Of a stretch of DNA of 64,000 nt, positions 8,665 to 19,138 are shown piece after piece. The notes below the pieces were generated by a model, which was not told the DNA's origin, ran no database searches, and was given only the letters and a program-made list of their open reading frames with translations. Position numbers and translations under genes: made by a program. Location of the stretch: assembly GCA_050124835.1 (NCBI GenBank), contig JASFEM010000002.1:794-64793 (forward strand). Direction: 5' to 3'. Position 1 is the first letter of the stretch, and every line of letters begins with the position of its first letter. Source of the stretch: Syntrophobacterales bacterium (lineage in GTDB: Bacteria > Desulfobacterota > Syntrophobacteria > BM002).

Positions 8665-9822
8665 ATGAGATTTGACCAGCCCCGCGCTACCCTGGTCTTG
8701 GAAGACGGCACAGTATTCTATGGGCAGGCCTTCGCTGGCGAGGGCGAAACCCTCGGCGAAGTAGTCTTCAACACCGCCATGACGGGTTATCAGGAGGTGC
8801 TAACCGATCCATCTTATAAAGGTCAGATAGTGACCATGACCTATCCTCTCATCGGCAATTACGGGATTAACGACGAGGATATGGAATCACTAGCCATTCA
8901 GGTGGAGGGCTTTATTGTCCGTGAGTACCTACCTTATCCCAGCAACTGGCGAAGTGAGAGAACGCTTAAAGCCTTCTTGGAGGAAGCCAATATTATCGGC
9001 GTTGAGGGTATCGATACGCGCGCGCTCACCAAACACATTCGTACTGCCGGTGCCATGAAGGGCATCATTTCCACCGGGGATAAAGCACCCGAAGCGTTGC
9101 TCAAGAAGGTGCAGGCCTATCCTGGCCTGGTGGGTCGTGACCTGGTTGGAAAAGTCACAACCTCTTCTCCTTACTTATGGGATGGAAAACAAAAGCCGCT
9201 GCCGTGGAAACCTGGGATGACTGGCGCCGATGTCTGGCCTGATTCGAGCCATCCCTACAAGGTCGTGGCTTTCGACTATGGCATCAAGTACAACATCCTC
9301 CGCAATATGATCAGCCGCGGCTGTCATATTATTGTGCTTCCTGCCCAGGCGCAGCCAGCAGACATCCTGGCACTGGAACCAGATGGCCTCTTTCTCTCCA
9401 ACGGCCCGGGCGATCCGGCGGCGGTAACCTATGCCATTGACGCGGTTCGCTCTTTACTTCCCGAACTCCCGATCTTCGGCATCTGCCTCGGCCACCAACT
9501 CCTGGGGCTGGCCATGGGAGGCACCACCTTTAAGCTCAAGTTCGGCCACCGCGGTGGCAACCAGCCAGTCAAGGATCTTCTCACAGGCAAGGTTGAGATT
9601 ACTTCCCAAAACCACGGTTTCTGCGTTGATATTAAGTCACTTAAAGATAAGGATGTGGAACTCACCCATATTAATTTGAATGACCAGACCCTTGAAGGTA
9701 TGCGGCACAGGACGTTACCCATTTACTCGGTTCAATACCATCCGGAAGCCTCTCCCGGCCCCCACGATGCCAGTTACCTTTTTGATGACTTCCTCACCCT
9801 TATGCAGAGAAAGAGTTGGTAA
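8665..9822 (+). CDS. carA: Carbamoyl-phosphate synthase small (glutamine amidotransferase) subunit
   Basis: MRFDQPRATLVLEDGTVFYGQAFA..., a GATase domain with GICLGHQ. Start chosen at the internal ATG 8665. Confidence 0.9.
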   Translation: MRFDQPRATLVLEDGTVFYGQAFAGEGETLGEVVFNTAMTGYQEVLTDPSYKGQIVTMTYPLIGNYGINDEDMESLAIQVEGFIVREYLPYPSNWRSERTLKAFLEEANIIGVEGIDTRALTKHIRTAGAMKGIISTGDKAPEALLKKVQAYPGLVGRDLVGKVTTSSPYLWDGKQKPLPWKPGMTGADVWPDSSHPYKVVAFDYGIKYNILRNMISRGCHIIVLPAQAQPADILALEPDGLFLSNGPGDPAAVTYAIDAVRSLLPELPIFGICLGHQLLGLAMGGTTFKLKFGHRGGNQPVKDLLTGKVEITSQNHGFCVDIKSLKDKDVELTHINLNDQTLEGMRHRTLPIYSVQYHPEASPGPHDASYLFDDFLTLMQRKSW

Positions 9823-9909
9823 TGTGCAGCAATCCTGGCAGCGGAAACGCGGAGATTAAAGTGGCTGGCCTTATTCTTCAAAACAAACAACTCCAATTCA
9901 ACCCAATCC

Positions 9910-12900
9910 ATGCCTAAGCGAACAGACATAAAGAAAATCCTAATAATCGGTTCGGGTCCTATTATCATCAGTCAAGCATGTGAATTTGACTATTCCGGCA
10001 CCCAAGCCTGTAAGGCCCTGCGGGAGGAGGGTTTCGAGATTGTTCTTATCAACAGTAATCCCGCCACCATCATGACCGACCCAGAGATGGCTCACCGGAC
10101 CTATGTTGAACCCATCACCCCAGAATGCGTTGCCAAAGTTATCGAAAGAGAAAGGCCCCAGGCGCTGCTACCAACGTTGGGAGGCCAGACAGCCCTGAAC
10201 GTTGCGGTGGCAGTGGGTGAGATGGGAGTTCTGGATAGCTGTGGGGTGGAAGTCATTGGTGCCTCCCTGCCGGTGATCAAGAAAGGGGAGGATCGCGAGC
10301 TTTTCCGGAACGCCATGGAAAAGATAGGTCTAAGGGTGCCTGCCAGTAGGATTGCGCGATCTATGGCAGAGGTTCGTCAAGCGGGTGAAGAGATCGGCTT
10401 TCCTCTCATCATTCGCCCATCCTTCACACTGGGAGGCACTGGTGGCGGGGTCGTTTACAACCGAGAAGATTTGGAAAATATGGCCCGGGCGGGTTTGGAC
10501 GCCAGTATGATCGGCACAATCATGCTGGAAGAATCGGTCTTGGGGTGGAAGGAATTTGAATTGGAGGTTATGAGGGACCACATGGACAATGTGGTCATCA
10601 TCTGTTCCATCGAGAATTTTGACCCTATGGGTGTCCACACGGGTGACAGTATTACAGTAGCACCGGCCCAGACCCTCACCGACCGCGAATACCAGGCCAT
10701 GCGGGATGCGTCAATCGCCGTGATCCGAGAGATTGGCGTGGAGACGGGGGGCTCAAACATTCAGTTCGCCATCAACCCGGAAGACGGTGAAATGGTTGTC
10801 ATTGAAATGAACCCCCGGGTTTCACGCTCCTCCGCGCTTGCCTCCAAGGCCACCGGCTTCCCCATCGCCAAAATAGCCGCCAAACTGGCCGTTGGTTATA
10901 GCCTCGACGAGATTGCCAACGATATCACCCGAGAGACGCGAGCCTCTTTCGAACCCACCATTGACTATTGCGTCGTAAAAATTCCTCGCTGGACCTTCGA
11001 GAAATTTTCTCGCACGCCTGATTACCTCACCACAACCATGAAATCGGTGGGTGAGACCATGGCCATCGGGCGTACGTTCAAGGAAGCTTTACAAAAGGCG
11101 GTGCGCTCCCTGGAAATAGGTCGCTATTCCTTGGACAGTGTTTTGACTCCCGAGTCTCATGAAAAACAAGAATATTTAAGTCTCATCCGTCAAAAGCTGC
11201 GTGAGCCAAACTCGGAGCGGCTTTTTTACCTGAGCGCTGCAATGAAGGCGGGCATCGAGCTGGAAGAAATCTACCAACTCACCAAGATTGACCCCTGGTT
11301 CCTTTACAATATCAAGGATGTTTTGGACTTTGAAACGTACTTGACGCAACAGCCCTTCTCCGAAGATCTCTTGCGACTGTCGAAAACTTATGGCTTTTCC
11401 GATCGCCGCCTGGCGGAACTCAGCGGCACTGATCAGGACACCATCCGCCAACGCCGGCTGCAGACTGGTATCATTCCGGTCTACAAGCTGGTGGATACTT
11501 GCGCTGCGGAGTTCGAAGCGTATACACCCTATTATTACTCCACCTATGAATCGGAGGATGAATCACAACCGGCAGATGTCCGCAAAGTGATGATCCTTGG
11601 CGGAGGTCCCAACCGAATCGGCCAGGGTATTGAATTTGACTACTGCTGTGTCCATGCCTCCTTTGCCCTGCGTGAAGAGGGGGTGCAGTCCATCATGGTC
11701 AACTCCAATCCGGAGACTGTGAGCACCGACTATGATACCTCCGATAAACTTTACTTTGAGCCCCTCACCTTGGAAGACGTTCTCCACATTATCCAGCGCG
11801 AATCACCGGACGGTCTAATTGTTCAGTTTGGTGGCCAGACCCCGTTGAATCTTGCCGTACCTCTGGCCCAGGCTGGAGCGCCAATTATCGGCACCACCCC
11901 AGACAGCATCGACCAGGCTGAAGATCGAGAACGGTTCCAAGCCCTTCTCAAGAAACTTGGCCTGCGGCAGCCAAGAAATGCAATTGCAAGTAGCGCTTCG
12001 GAAGCCCTGGAAGCGGCTGCTCAAATTGGCTATCCTGTCCTGGTTCGGCCCTCTTACGTCCTGGGCGGTCGCGCCATGGAAATTGTTTACAGCCAAGAGC
12101 ATCTGAAGGCCTACGTTCACGAGGCGGTCCATGTTTCTCCAGGCCATCCAATCTTGGTGGACCAATTTCTCCAGGACGCCATCGAGATCGATGTGGACGC
12201 CATTTCCGACGGCAAGACCACGGTAATTGGCGGTATCATGGAGCACATCGAGGAGGCAGGAATCCATTCCGGTGACAGCGCCTGCGTACTTCCTCCCATC
12301 AGCATCTCCGACGAACTCATTCAGGAAATTAAGTCCCAGACCAGGGCGTTGGCAGAGGAACTCAGGGTGGTGGGGTTGATGAATATCCAGTACGCTGTCA
12401 AAGACAACATGCTCTATGTTCTCGAGGTAAACCCGCGGGCCTCCCGCACCGCACCTTTTGTCAGTAAGGCGATCGGCGTGCCCCTCGCCAAACTAGCTAC
12501 CAAGATCATGTTGGGAAAGACCTTGGCTGAACTCGGCTTTACTCGTGAGGTGGAGCCGGCTCATCTGGCTGTTAAAGAGTCGGTATTCCCTTTCATACGG
12601 TTCCCCGATGTTGACATCCTCCTCGGCCCTGAAATGAAATCCACCGGTGAGGTCATGGGAATTGATAAGACCTTTGGCATGGCCTTCGCCAAAGCCCAAT
12701 TGGCGGCAGGTTACTCCCTGCCGTTGGAAGGAAACGTATTTGTCAGCGTCCGCGACCAGGACAAGCCGGCCATCTTGCCAGTGGCTCGTGAATTCGCTCA
12801 AATCGGCTTCGGTATTTTTGCCACTCGTGGCACCTCGGCTTTCTTGTCAGAGCATGGTGTTCGAAACCGAATGGTAGCCAAACTGAAGGAGGGACGTCCT

Positions 12901-13137
12901 CACGTCATCGACCACATCAAAAACGAGGAGATTAACCTGGTCATCAATACCAGTACCGGCAGCAAGACTGCTTCCGACGCCTATTTGATTCGCCGGGCCA
13001 CCTTGGTTTATAATCTGCCATATGCCACAACCATTGCCGGCGCCAGAGCCTTGGCCCAGGCCATCGGAGCTTTGTCCAGTGGTGAACTACAGGTGACTTC
13101 GCTGCAGGAATACCATGGAGCCGATCTGAAGATTTAG
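9910..13137 (+). CDS. carB: Carbamoyl-phosphate synthase large subunit
   Basis: 1075 aa with duplicated ATP-grasp halves and a C-terminal MGS-like domain. Immediately follows carA. Confidence 0.95.
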   Translation: MPKRTDIKKILIIGSGPIIISQACEFDYSGTQACKALREEGFEIVLINSNPATIMTDPEMAHRTYVEPITPECVAKVIERERPQALLPTLGGQTALNVAVAVGEMGVLDSCGVEVIGASLPVIKKGEDRELFRNAMEKIGLRVPASRIARSMAEVRQAGEEIGFPLIIRPSFTLGGTGGGVVYNREDLENMARAGLDASMIGTIMLEESVLGWKEFELEVMRDHMDNVVIICSIENFDPMGVHTGDSITVAPAQTLTDREYQAMRDASIAVIREIGVETGGSNIQFAINPEDGEMVVIEMNPRVSRSSALASKATGFPIAKIAAKLAVGYSLDEIANDITRETRASFEPTIDYCVVKIPRWTFEKFSRTPDYLTTTMKSVGETMAIGRTFKEALQKAVRSLEIGRYSLDSVLTPESHEKQEYLSLIRQKLREPNSERLFYLSAAMKAGIELEEIYQLTKIDPWFLYNIKDVLDFETYLTQQPFSEDLLRLSKTYGFSDRRLAELSGTDQDTIRQRRLQTGIIPVYKLVDTCAAEFEAYTPYYYSTYESEDESQPADVRKVMILGGGPNRIGQGIEFDYCCVHASFALREEGVQSIMVNSNPETVSTDYDTSDKLYFEPLTLEDVLHIIQRESPDGLIVQFGGQTPLNLAVPLAQAGAPIIGTTPDSIDQAEDRERFQALLKKLGLRQPRNAIASSASEALEAAAQIGYPVLVRPSYVLGGRAMEIVYSQEHLKAYVHEAVHVSPGHPILVDQFLQDAIEIDVDAISDGKTTVIGGIMEHIEEAGIHSGDSACVLPPISISDELIQEIKSQTRALAEELRVVGLMNIQYAVKDNMLYVLEVNPRASRTAPFVSKAIGVPLAKLATKIMLGKTLAELGFTREVEPAHLAVKESVFPFIRFPDVDILLGPEMKSTGEVMGIDKTFGMAFAKAQLAAGYSLPLEGNVFVSVRDQDKPAILPVAREFAQIGFGIFATRGTSAFLSEHGVRNRMVAKLKEGRPHVIDHIKNEEINLVINTSTGSKTASDAYLIRRATLVYNLPYATTIAGARALAQAIGALSSGELQVTSLQEYHGADLKI

Positions 13138-13145
13138 AAAGTAAG

Positions 13146-13300
13146 GGATTGGAGATTGCAGATTTTAGATTGCGGATTGCAGATTGCGGATTGAAGGATT
13201 GGGGAATTAAAGAACGAGGGAATAGGATAGGATTAGGCAGAAATGCTACTTTAATCCCTGAATTCAGATATTTTAGACACTTTAGACATCTTAGACATTT
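13146..13300. repeat. Degenerate heptanucleotide tandem repeat array (GATTGCA/GATTGCG units, then TTAGACA units)
   Basis: agattgc agatttt agattgc ggattgc agattgc ggattga ... ; then tttagacac tttagacat cttagacat. Confidence 0.8.
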
Positions 13301-13314
13301 ACTAGGATCTCATC

Positions 13315-14754
13315 TTGCGGAACCATATAATAATCCCTGGCGTTAGACCAAAGGAAGAGTGCGGCATCTTCGCCATTTATGGACACGAAGACACTGCCCG
13401 CCTCGCTTACTTCGGTCTTTATGCCCTCCAGCACCGAGGCCAGGAAAGTGCTGGTATCAGCGTTGGCGATGGCCGATTGATGCGCCATCACAAGGGCATG
13501 GGACTTGTAAGTGAGATCTTCAGCGAGGATATCCTCGCCAGTCTGAAAGGGTATCTTGGTATTGGACACGTGCGCTATTCCACCACCGGCTCATCCGTGC
13601 TTGTCAATGCGCAACCCTTCTGCATCAGTCACTCCGGCTGTAGTCTCGCCCTTGCCCACAACGGCAACCTGGTGAATGCACATAACCTTCGATGCGAACT
13701 GGAAGAACGCGGCTCAATATTTCAAACAACCATGGACAGTGAGGTGATTGTACACCTCATTGCGCGGCAGCTTGTTCGTGGACTGGAAGAAGCACTCTTG
13801 ATTGCCTTGAGTGAGGTTAGAGGGGCTTTTTCGCTGGTAATCGCCACAGAAGACCAGATCATTGGCGCCCGCGACCCCATGGGCTTCCGGCCTATGTGCC
13901 TGGGAATTATTGACGACAGCGCCTACGTCATTGCTTCTGAAACCTGTGCGCTGGACTTGATAGGAGCACGTTACCTGCGGGATGTAGAGCCCGGCGAGGT
14001 TGTTTTTATCAATGAAAATGGGCTTAGATCCCGACGCTTGGCCGATACTGGCCGAAGCGCTTTCTGCATTTTTGAGTTTATCTACTTTGCCCGCCCCGAC
14101 AGCAATATTTTTGGACAGAATGTCTACATGGCCCGCAAACGACAGGGTTACGAGATGGCCCGAGAGTATCAGGTGGGTGCCGATATCGTTATGCCTTTTC
14201 CTGACTCAGGCAACTATGCAGCACTTGGCTTCGCCGAAGCCTCTGGCATACCATTGGAGATGGGCGTAATACGCAACCATTACGTTGGCCGCACCTTTAT
14301 CGAGCCCACCCAAGCCATGAGGGATTTTCATGTCAAAGTGAAACTGAATCCGGTACGGCCTTTGTTGAAAGACAAGCGACTTGTCATCGTGGAAGACTCC
14401 ATCGTTCGAGGAACCACCACTCGAAATCGTGTGAAGACCCTCAGGCAAGCAGGCGCCGAGGAAGTCCACATGACCGTTAGCTGTCCGCCGCACCGTTATC
14501 CATGCTTTTATGGCATTGACTTTCCGACCCGCAAGGAACTGATCGCATCCACCCACTCTGTTGAGGAAATCAAGAAGTTCTTGGGACTCGATAGTCTTCA
14601 CTATCTTAGCCTTGAGGGACTCTTGCGAGCTATCAATATGGAAAGTGCGGGCTTCTGTCTCGCCTGCTTCAACGGAGAGTATCCGGTCAGTTTCGCGGAG
14701 GACCTCCATAAGCACTGCCTGGAAGCGAACGCGATCTCGCTCCAAAAGGTCTAA
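13315..14754 (+). CDS. purF: Amidophosphoribosyltransferase with N-terminal propeptide
   Basis: Catalytic CGIFAIYGH follows a 15-aa leader; PRTase domain; C-terminal Cys ligands. Confidence 0.9.
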   Translation: MRNHIIIPGVRPKEECGIFAIYGHEDTARLAYFGLYALQHRGQESAGISVGDGRLMRHHKGMGLVSEIFSEDILASLKGYLGIGHVRYSTTGSSVLVNAQPFCISHSGCSLALAHNGNLVNAHNLRCELEERGSIFQTTMDSEVIVHLIARQLVRGLEEALLIALSEVRGAFSLVIATEDQIIGARDPMGFRPMCLGIIDDSAYVIASETCALDLIGARYLRDVEPGEVVFINENGLRSRRLADTGRSAFCIFEFIYFARPDSNIFGQNVYMARKRQGYEMAREYQVGADIVMPFPDSGNYAALGFAEASGIPLEMGVIRNHYVGRTFIEPTQAMRDFHVKVKLNPVRPLLKDKRLVIVEDSIVRGTTTRNRVKTLRQAGAEEVHMTVSCPPHRYPCFYGIDFPTRKELIASTHSVEEIKKFLGLDSLHYLSLEGLLRAINMESAGFCLACFNGEYPVSFAEDLHKHCLEANAISLQKV

Positions 14755-14800
14755 TCGAGGAATCTCCTATTTTATAACTTCTTCTAGAAGGTACGATCCG

Positions 14801-15814
14801 ATGGTAATGCCAAACAAGAAAAGTCTCCGCCGGGGTTCAGCTAAGATCATCAACGAAGCAAAGGATGTACTCCGAATCGAAGCGGAGGGCATATTTAATC
14901 TCATTGACCGAGTGGGACCTGAATTTGCCGAGGCAGTTCACTGGATTTACGAATCTCGCGGACGGGTAATCGTCACTGGCATTGGCAAGTCTGGAATAGT
15001 CGGCCGCAAGATCGTTGCCACCCTTAACAGCACTGGTACCAAATCACTGTTCCTGCATCCAGTGGAGGCCATGCACGGTGATCTCGGCATGGTCGGTTCT
15101 GACGACATTATCCTGCTCCTATCCAGTAGCGGTGAAACCGATGAGTTGAGAGCGATTCTCCCCACCTTGAAGGGCTTAGGCACCGGAATCATCTGCTTCA
15201 CCGGCAATCCCGACTCAACCCTGGGCCGCAGCAGTGATCTGACCATCTACGCCGGAGTGGAACGTGAGGCTTGCCCTTTAGGCCTGGCTCCCACTGCCAG
15301 CACCACTGCCATGCTGGCTTTGGGAGATGCTCTGGGGGTGGCGCTCATCAACAGGCGCAAATTTCGGCCCGAGGATTTTCGCCGCTGCCATCCAGGTGGT
15401 GCTTTGGGAGAGCGACTTCAGGTGCCCATCGAAACCATCATGCGTACTGGCTCCAATATTCCGCAGGTCTGGAACAACACCTTGGTGGCAGAGGCTCTCA
15501 AAGAGATGGATGCCAAGGGATTAGGAGCGACTTTGGTGACAAGAGACACCGCTCAATTGGAAGGCATAGTCACTGATGGCGACCTCCGCCGCGGATTATG
15601 CAAGTATGACCAACTACTAGAAAAGCCTGTGACCTCAATCATGACGCCAAACCCCAAAACCGTCTCGGTAAAGGGTTCGGTGGCAAACGCCTTAGAAATC
15701 ATGGAACAATACCAGATCACGGTATTGCCTGTTACCGGTGGGCAGGGCGAACTGTTGGGAATTATCCACCTCCACGACCTTCTCGGAAAAGGACGCATTA
15801 GGTTTACCCTGTGA
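14801..15814 (+). CDS. kdsD: Arabinose-5-phosphate isomerase (KpsF/GutQ family; SIS + tandem CBS)
   Basis: VIVTGIGKSG SIS motif and C-terminal CBS pair. Start set at ATG 14801; the ORF-track start at 14561 overlaps purF. Confidence 0.85.
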   Translation: MVMPNKKSLRRGSAKIINEAKDVLRIEAEGIFNLIDRVGPEFAEAVHWIYESRGRVIVTGIGKSGIVGRKIVATLNSTGTKSLFLHPVEAMHGDLGMVGSDDIILLLSSSGETDELRAILPTLKGLGTGIICFTGNPDSTLGRSSDLTIYAGVEREACPLGLAPTASTTAMLALGDALGVALINRRKFRPEDFRRCHPGGALGERLQVPIETIMRTGSNIPQVWNNTLVAEALKEMDAKGLGATLVTRDTAQLEGIVTDGDLRRGLCKYDQLLEKPVTSIMTPNPKTVSVKGSVANALEIMEQYQITVLPVTGGQGELLGIIHLHDLLGKGRIRFTL

Positions 15815-15816
15815 GG

Positions 15817-15988
15817 AAATTCGAAATCCGAAGCACGAAGCACGAAACAAATCCAAAAATTACGGAATTAGGGAATTGAAGAATTGAGAAATTAAAAGAT
15901 TAGGTGTCATTCTTTTTCCAATACCTGAATTCCTAAATCCGAAATTCCTGAATTTTTTGTATTTCGATATCCGGATTTCGGATTTTAA
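15817..15988. repeat. Heptamer-family repeat array (GAAATCC / GGAATT units)
   Basis: gaaattcgaaatccgaagcacgaagcacgaaac...ggaattagggaattgaagaattgag...ccgaaattcctgaatttt...ccggatttcggatttt. Shares the 18-mer cgaaatccgaagcacgaa with 50466-50483. Confidence 0.8.
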
Positions 15989-16048
15989 CGACCTCTAAGG
16001 TTTTAGGCGCTCGACAGTAAGACCAAAAATCCTATCAGGATTTGATCA

Positions 16049-16987
16049 ATGGACCAAAGCGTAACTCCCAGAGGTCTCATCTGCTCCTTGGCACTCGTGG
16101 AAAATCCGCGAAACCATGGCGCATATCAGGGACTCGAACAACTGATATCTCGCTTAAAACCCGCTGTTGCTGGGTTTCTACTGGATCCCATGTATTGGAG
16201 TCCAGACTCAAACTACTGCGGTCCGGTCTCAGCGTCCTTGTTGGAAGAGGTGATTGGGCTGATGCCACCAGGGTACCCCCTATGGGTTCGAATTACCGGG
16301 AGAACTGCTGAGCAGACCATACACATTTGCCGGCAGCTGGAAACAATCTGTCGCCGCCTTAAATACGAAGGTCCCCTCGCTTGGGTGGACACCCCACTTT
16401 ATTACCACAGCAATCGCGGCCTTCCCGAGCACTACCAGGCGCTACTCTCAGAAACGCAGTTCAGCCTAATTGCCGACAACGATCCGAAATTGATCCGCAA
16501 GATTGGTGGCAGGTCAAAGCGAAAAAACGTCCGCACAAGTATTCTTAAGGAGTTGAGCCAACAGGTTCGGCTGGTTGGACTTCTCCATAGAGGGGGTCTC
16601 CAGAGGTGCCTAAATTACCAGAGAGCCGTTCGAGGCCGTCCCGGTTTTCAAATTTACGACGCAGGCGAGCGAAGTTTCTTAGAGCGACCCAGCTCCAGTG
16701 GGGTCGTCTCTGTGGGCGCAAATCTTTTGCCTTACGAGTGGCGGACCATTACCCTCGCATCCCTCAACTTGGACGAAAACCACTCGGGCCATCCTGGTCG
16801 TTTTCGTCACCTCTGGGAAACCGGGTTGCGGGTCAGGACTCTGCAGAAATTTTATAGCCACGCACCCACCCGAATTATCCCCGCAGTATTGGCTGCCTGG
16901 GGGTTGATCCAGGAAAACGGGCACAGCTTGTCCCCCGAAGAAAAGAATGCGGTGAATCTGATCCTGGAACACGTTCCAGAACCCTGA
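16049..16987 (+). CDS. Hypothetical Arg-rich protein; weak resemblance to DapA/NAL-type TIM-barrel aldolases
   Basis: 312-aa ORF with no strong motif I can name. Faint GxTGE-like (ITGRTAEQ) and VGANLLPY segments. Confidence 0.4.
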   Translation: MDQSVTPRGLICSLALVENPRNHGAYQGLEQLISRLKPAVAGFLLDPMYWSPDSNYCGPVSASLLEEVIGLMPPGYPLWVRITGRTAEQTIHICRQLETICRRLKYEGPLAWVDTPLYYHSNRGLPEHYQALLSETQFSLIADNDPKLIRKIGGRSKRKNVRTSILKELSQQVRLVGLLHRGGLQRCLNYQRAVRGRPGFQIYDAGERSFLERPSSSGVVSVGANLLPYEWRTITLASLNLDENHSGHPGRFRHLWETGLRVRTLQKFYSHAPTRIIPAVLAAWGLIQENGHSLSPEEKNAVNLILEHVPEP

Positions 16988-17241
16988 AGTACTGCAAAGA
17001 TGAGACGGTATTGGTATTCTCTAATCCAATAGCCAGCCGAGTTTTATAAACGATGGATGCCCGTGGTCAGTTGCCGACGCCGAGGTATGTCTCCCCTTTT
17101 CAGACCGGCGGATTGGCCCGGTCGCTTGAAAATCTCTGCTTATCGCGTTAGCATGAGTTTTTATGCGGGTCACATCTGGATACCATAACTCATGCAAGCA
17201 TATACAACTGACTACTGAAAACGGACCACGGACATCACTTA

Positions 17242-19074
17242 ATGTATACAAACTTCATTTATTTCATAGTTGTCCTCCTTATCTTTTCCACCCAGCAACC
17301 TTCTTTAACACCGCGACTTTCACTACCTCTTACGATCTGCGCCAGCCTTTTTCTGCTTTGTCTGTTTGCCCTGATTAACCGTCGGGTTTTCAACAGGCTG
17401 GCGGCAAGAATGTCTGAAGTTGCGGTCAGTACTTATTTACCCGTTCTCTACCATCGAACCGTGAGCCGTCAATCGCTCCTGGCCCTTCTGTTTTTCTGTC
17501 TCCAGGTTTACCTGCTCGACATCAAATTTTATCTGACGAGTGTTGGCCTTTTCCGGGTCAGCTTTACCCTTCAGGGATTGGCTGCCCTAGGTTTATTCCT
17601 GTTCCACCTGACCATTATCTGGTTGTATAGCCATGAGTGCCACTGCCGCTTTTCCGGCAGCAGCTGCGCAAGATCCTCAATGGTTACTGCCAACCTTAAG
17701 TTCAATCTGGCCATTCTCTTGCCCTGGCTCCTCATTTCAGGCAGCTTTGACTTCATTCAACTCCTGCCGGTCGGCTCCATTCACGATCAACTTAACACCC
17801 CCCTCGGCCAGGTTCTCTTTTTTGCTTTCTTGCTGGTCCTTTTTATGGTTTTTGCGCCACCCCTTGTTATCCGTCTTTGGAGTTGCAAGCCGTTGCCACC
17901 CGGATCCAAAAGGTCTCTCATCGAAAAGTTTTGCCAAGAACAGAATTTTCAAGTGCGAGAGATCGTTCTGTGGCCAAGTTCAGGAGGTGTCTTTCTTACG
18001 GCAGGAGTAATGGGATTACTCCGTTATTTCCGCTATCTTCTGGTAACCGATGGCCTCCTTAATATCCTCAGCGACGATGAACTGCGTGCGGTACTGGCTC
18101 ACGAAATGGGCCACGTAAAAGAACGACACCTTTTCTTTTACCTCATCTTCTTGCTGGGCTATCTGATCCTTGCTTACCCTCTCTCAACTGTTTCATTTCT
18201 TTTGGTCCTAACCAGCGATCTGCCATTGATATTGCTGGGCAAAGGTGATCCTGAATACCTCACCTTTATATCCGTGCTCTCTACGCTGCCGCTTCTACTT
18301 CTGCTTGTTTTTTACTTTCGCTTCCTTTTTGGTTTTTTCATCCGCAACTTTGAACGTCAGGCTGATCTGTATGTCTTTGGTGTAATGGGCAGGCCGTTTC
18401 CGCTCATATCCGCCTTGGAAAAGGTAGCTTTATACAGTGGTAATATTCGGGATGTCCCCAGTTGGCATCACTTCAGTATCAAACAACGGGTTGACTTTCT
18501 GGCGGCTGCGGAAAGCAACCGTTCTTTGCTCAGACGTCACCGTCTCAAACTCAGGAGAGCTTTAGTAGGTTACCTGGCAGGAGTTGCAGCGGTGGGCGTT
18601 ATTGGCTACCTTTTTCACATCGGGGCTCTTGGCACCAATCTCAACGAACAGCTCAACATCAAAGTCCTAACCAGTCTGGTGCAGCTGGAACCAAAGAACC
18701 CTCAGGTGCGTCTGAGACTTGGAACCTTATACTATTCTCGAAACAACTTGACAGATGCCGTATTTCATTTGGAGCGTGGGCTGGAATTAGATCCTGACAA
18801 CCTCGAGATCATCAACAACCTGGCCTGGATCCTCGCCACTAGCAAAGAGAGAGCCTTTTTCCAGCCACAGCGTGCCCTCGCCCTGGCCCAAAAGGCGGCA
18901 GCCGGTTCTCAGGAAGCTTATATCCTCGACACCTTGGCAGAGGCTTATCATGTCAACGGCCAGACCGAGGAGGCGCTAGCTGCCGCTGAGCAAGCGCTGG
19001 CGGTAGCTTCTGAAAACCGTTCTTATTACATGAAACAGGTGGAACGATTCCGCGCCATAGTTCAAGAACGCTAA
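17242..19074 (+). CDS. M48-family (HtpX/Ste24-like) zinc metalloprotease with C-terminal TPR repeats
   Basis: Multiple TM helices, an HEMGH (HExxH) motif, and TPR-like repeats in the last ~150 aa. Confidence 0.8.
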   Translation: MYTNFIYFIVVLLIFSTQQPSLTPRLSLPLTICASLFLLCLFALINRRVFNRLAARMSEVAVSTYLPVLYHRTVSRQSLLALLFFCLQVYLLDIKFYLTSVGLFRVSFTLQGLAALGLFLFHLTIIWLYSHECHCRFSGSSCARSSMVTANLKFNLAILLPWLLISGSFDFIQLLPVGSIHDQLNTPLGQVLFFAFLLVLFMVFAPPLVIRLWSCKPLPPGSKRSLIEKFCQEQNFQVREIVLWPSSGGVFLTAGVMGLLRYFRYLLVTDGLLNILSDDELRAVLAHEMGHVKERHLFFYLIFLLGYLILAYPLSTVSFLLVLTSDLPLILLGKGDPEYLTFISVLSTLPLLLLLVFYFRFLFGFFIRNFERQADLYVFGVMGRPFPLISALEKVALYSGNIRDVPSWHHFSIKQRVDFLAAAESNRSLLRRHRLKLRRALVGYLAGVAAVGVIGYLFHIGALGTNLNEQLNIKVLTSLVQLEPKNPQVRLRLGTLYYSRNNLTDAVFHLERGLELDPDNLEIINNLAWILATSKERAFFQPQRALALAQKAAAGSQEAYILDTLAEAYHVNGQTEEALAAAEQALAVASENRSYYMKQVERFRAIVQER

Positions 19075-19138
19075 TCCGGAGAGAACCGTGAATTCGCAGT
19101 GCAATGAGAATTTTGAAGTAATGCGGGATTATGAGCTC

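Noticed and set aside
14206-14745. 179-aa minus-strand ORF inside purF
   Set aside because: Antisense shadow of a strongly conserved gene.
14561-14800. Long N-terminal extension of the kdsD ORF (track start 14561)
   Set aside because: The extension overlaps the purF 3' end in another frame and encodes Ser/Arg-rich low-complexity sequence. The internal ATG 14801 gives a normal-length KpsF/GutQ protein.
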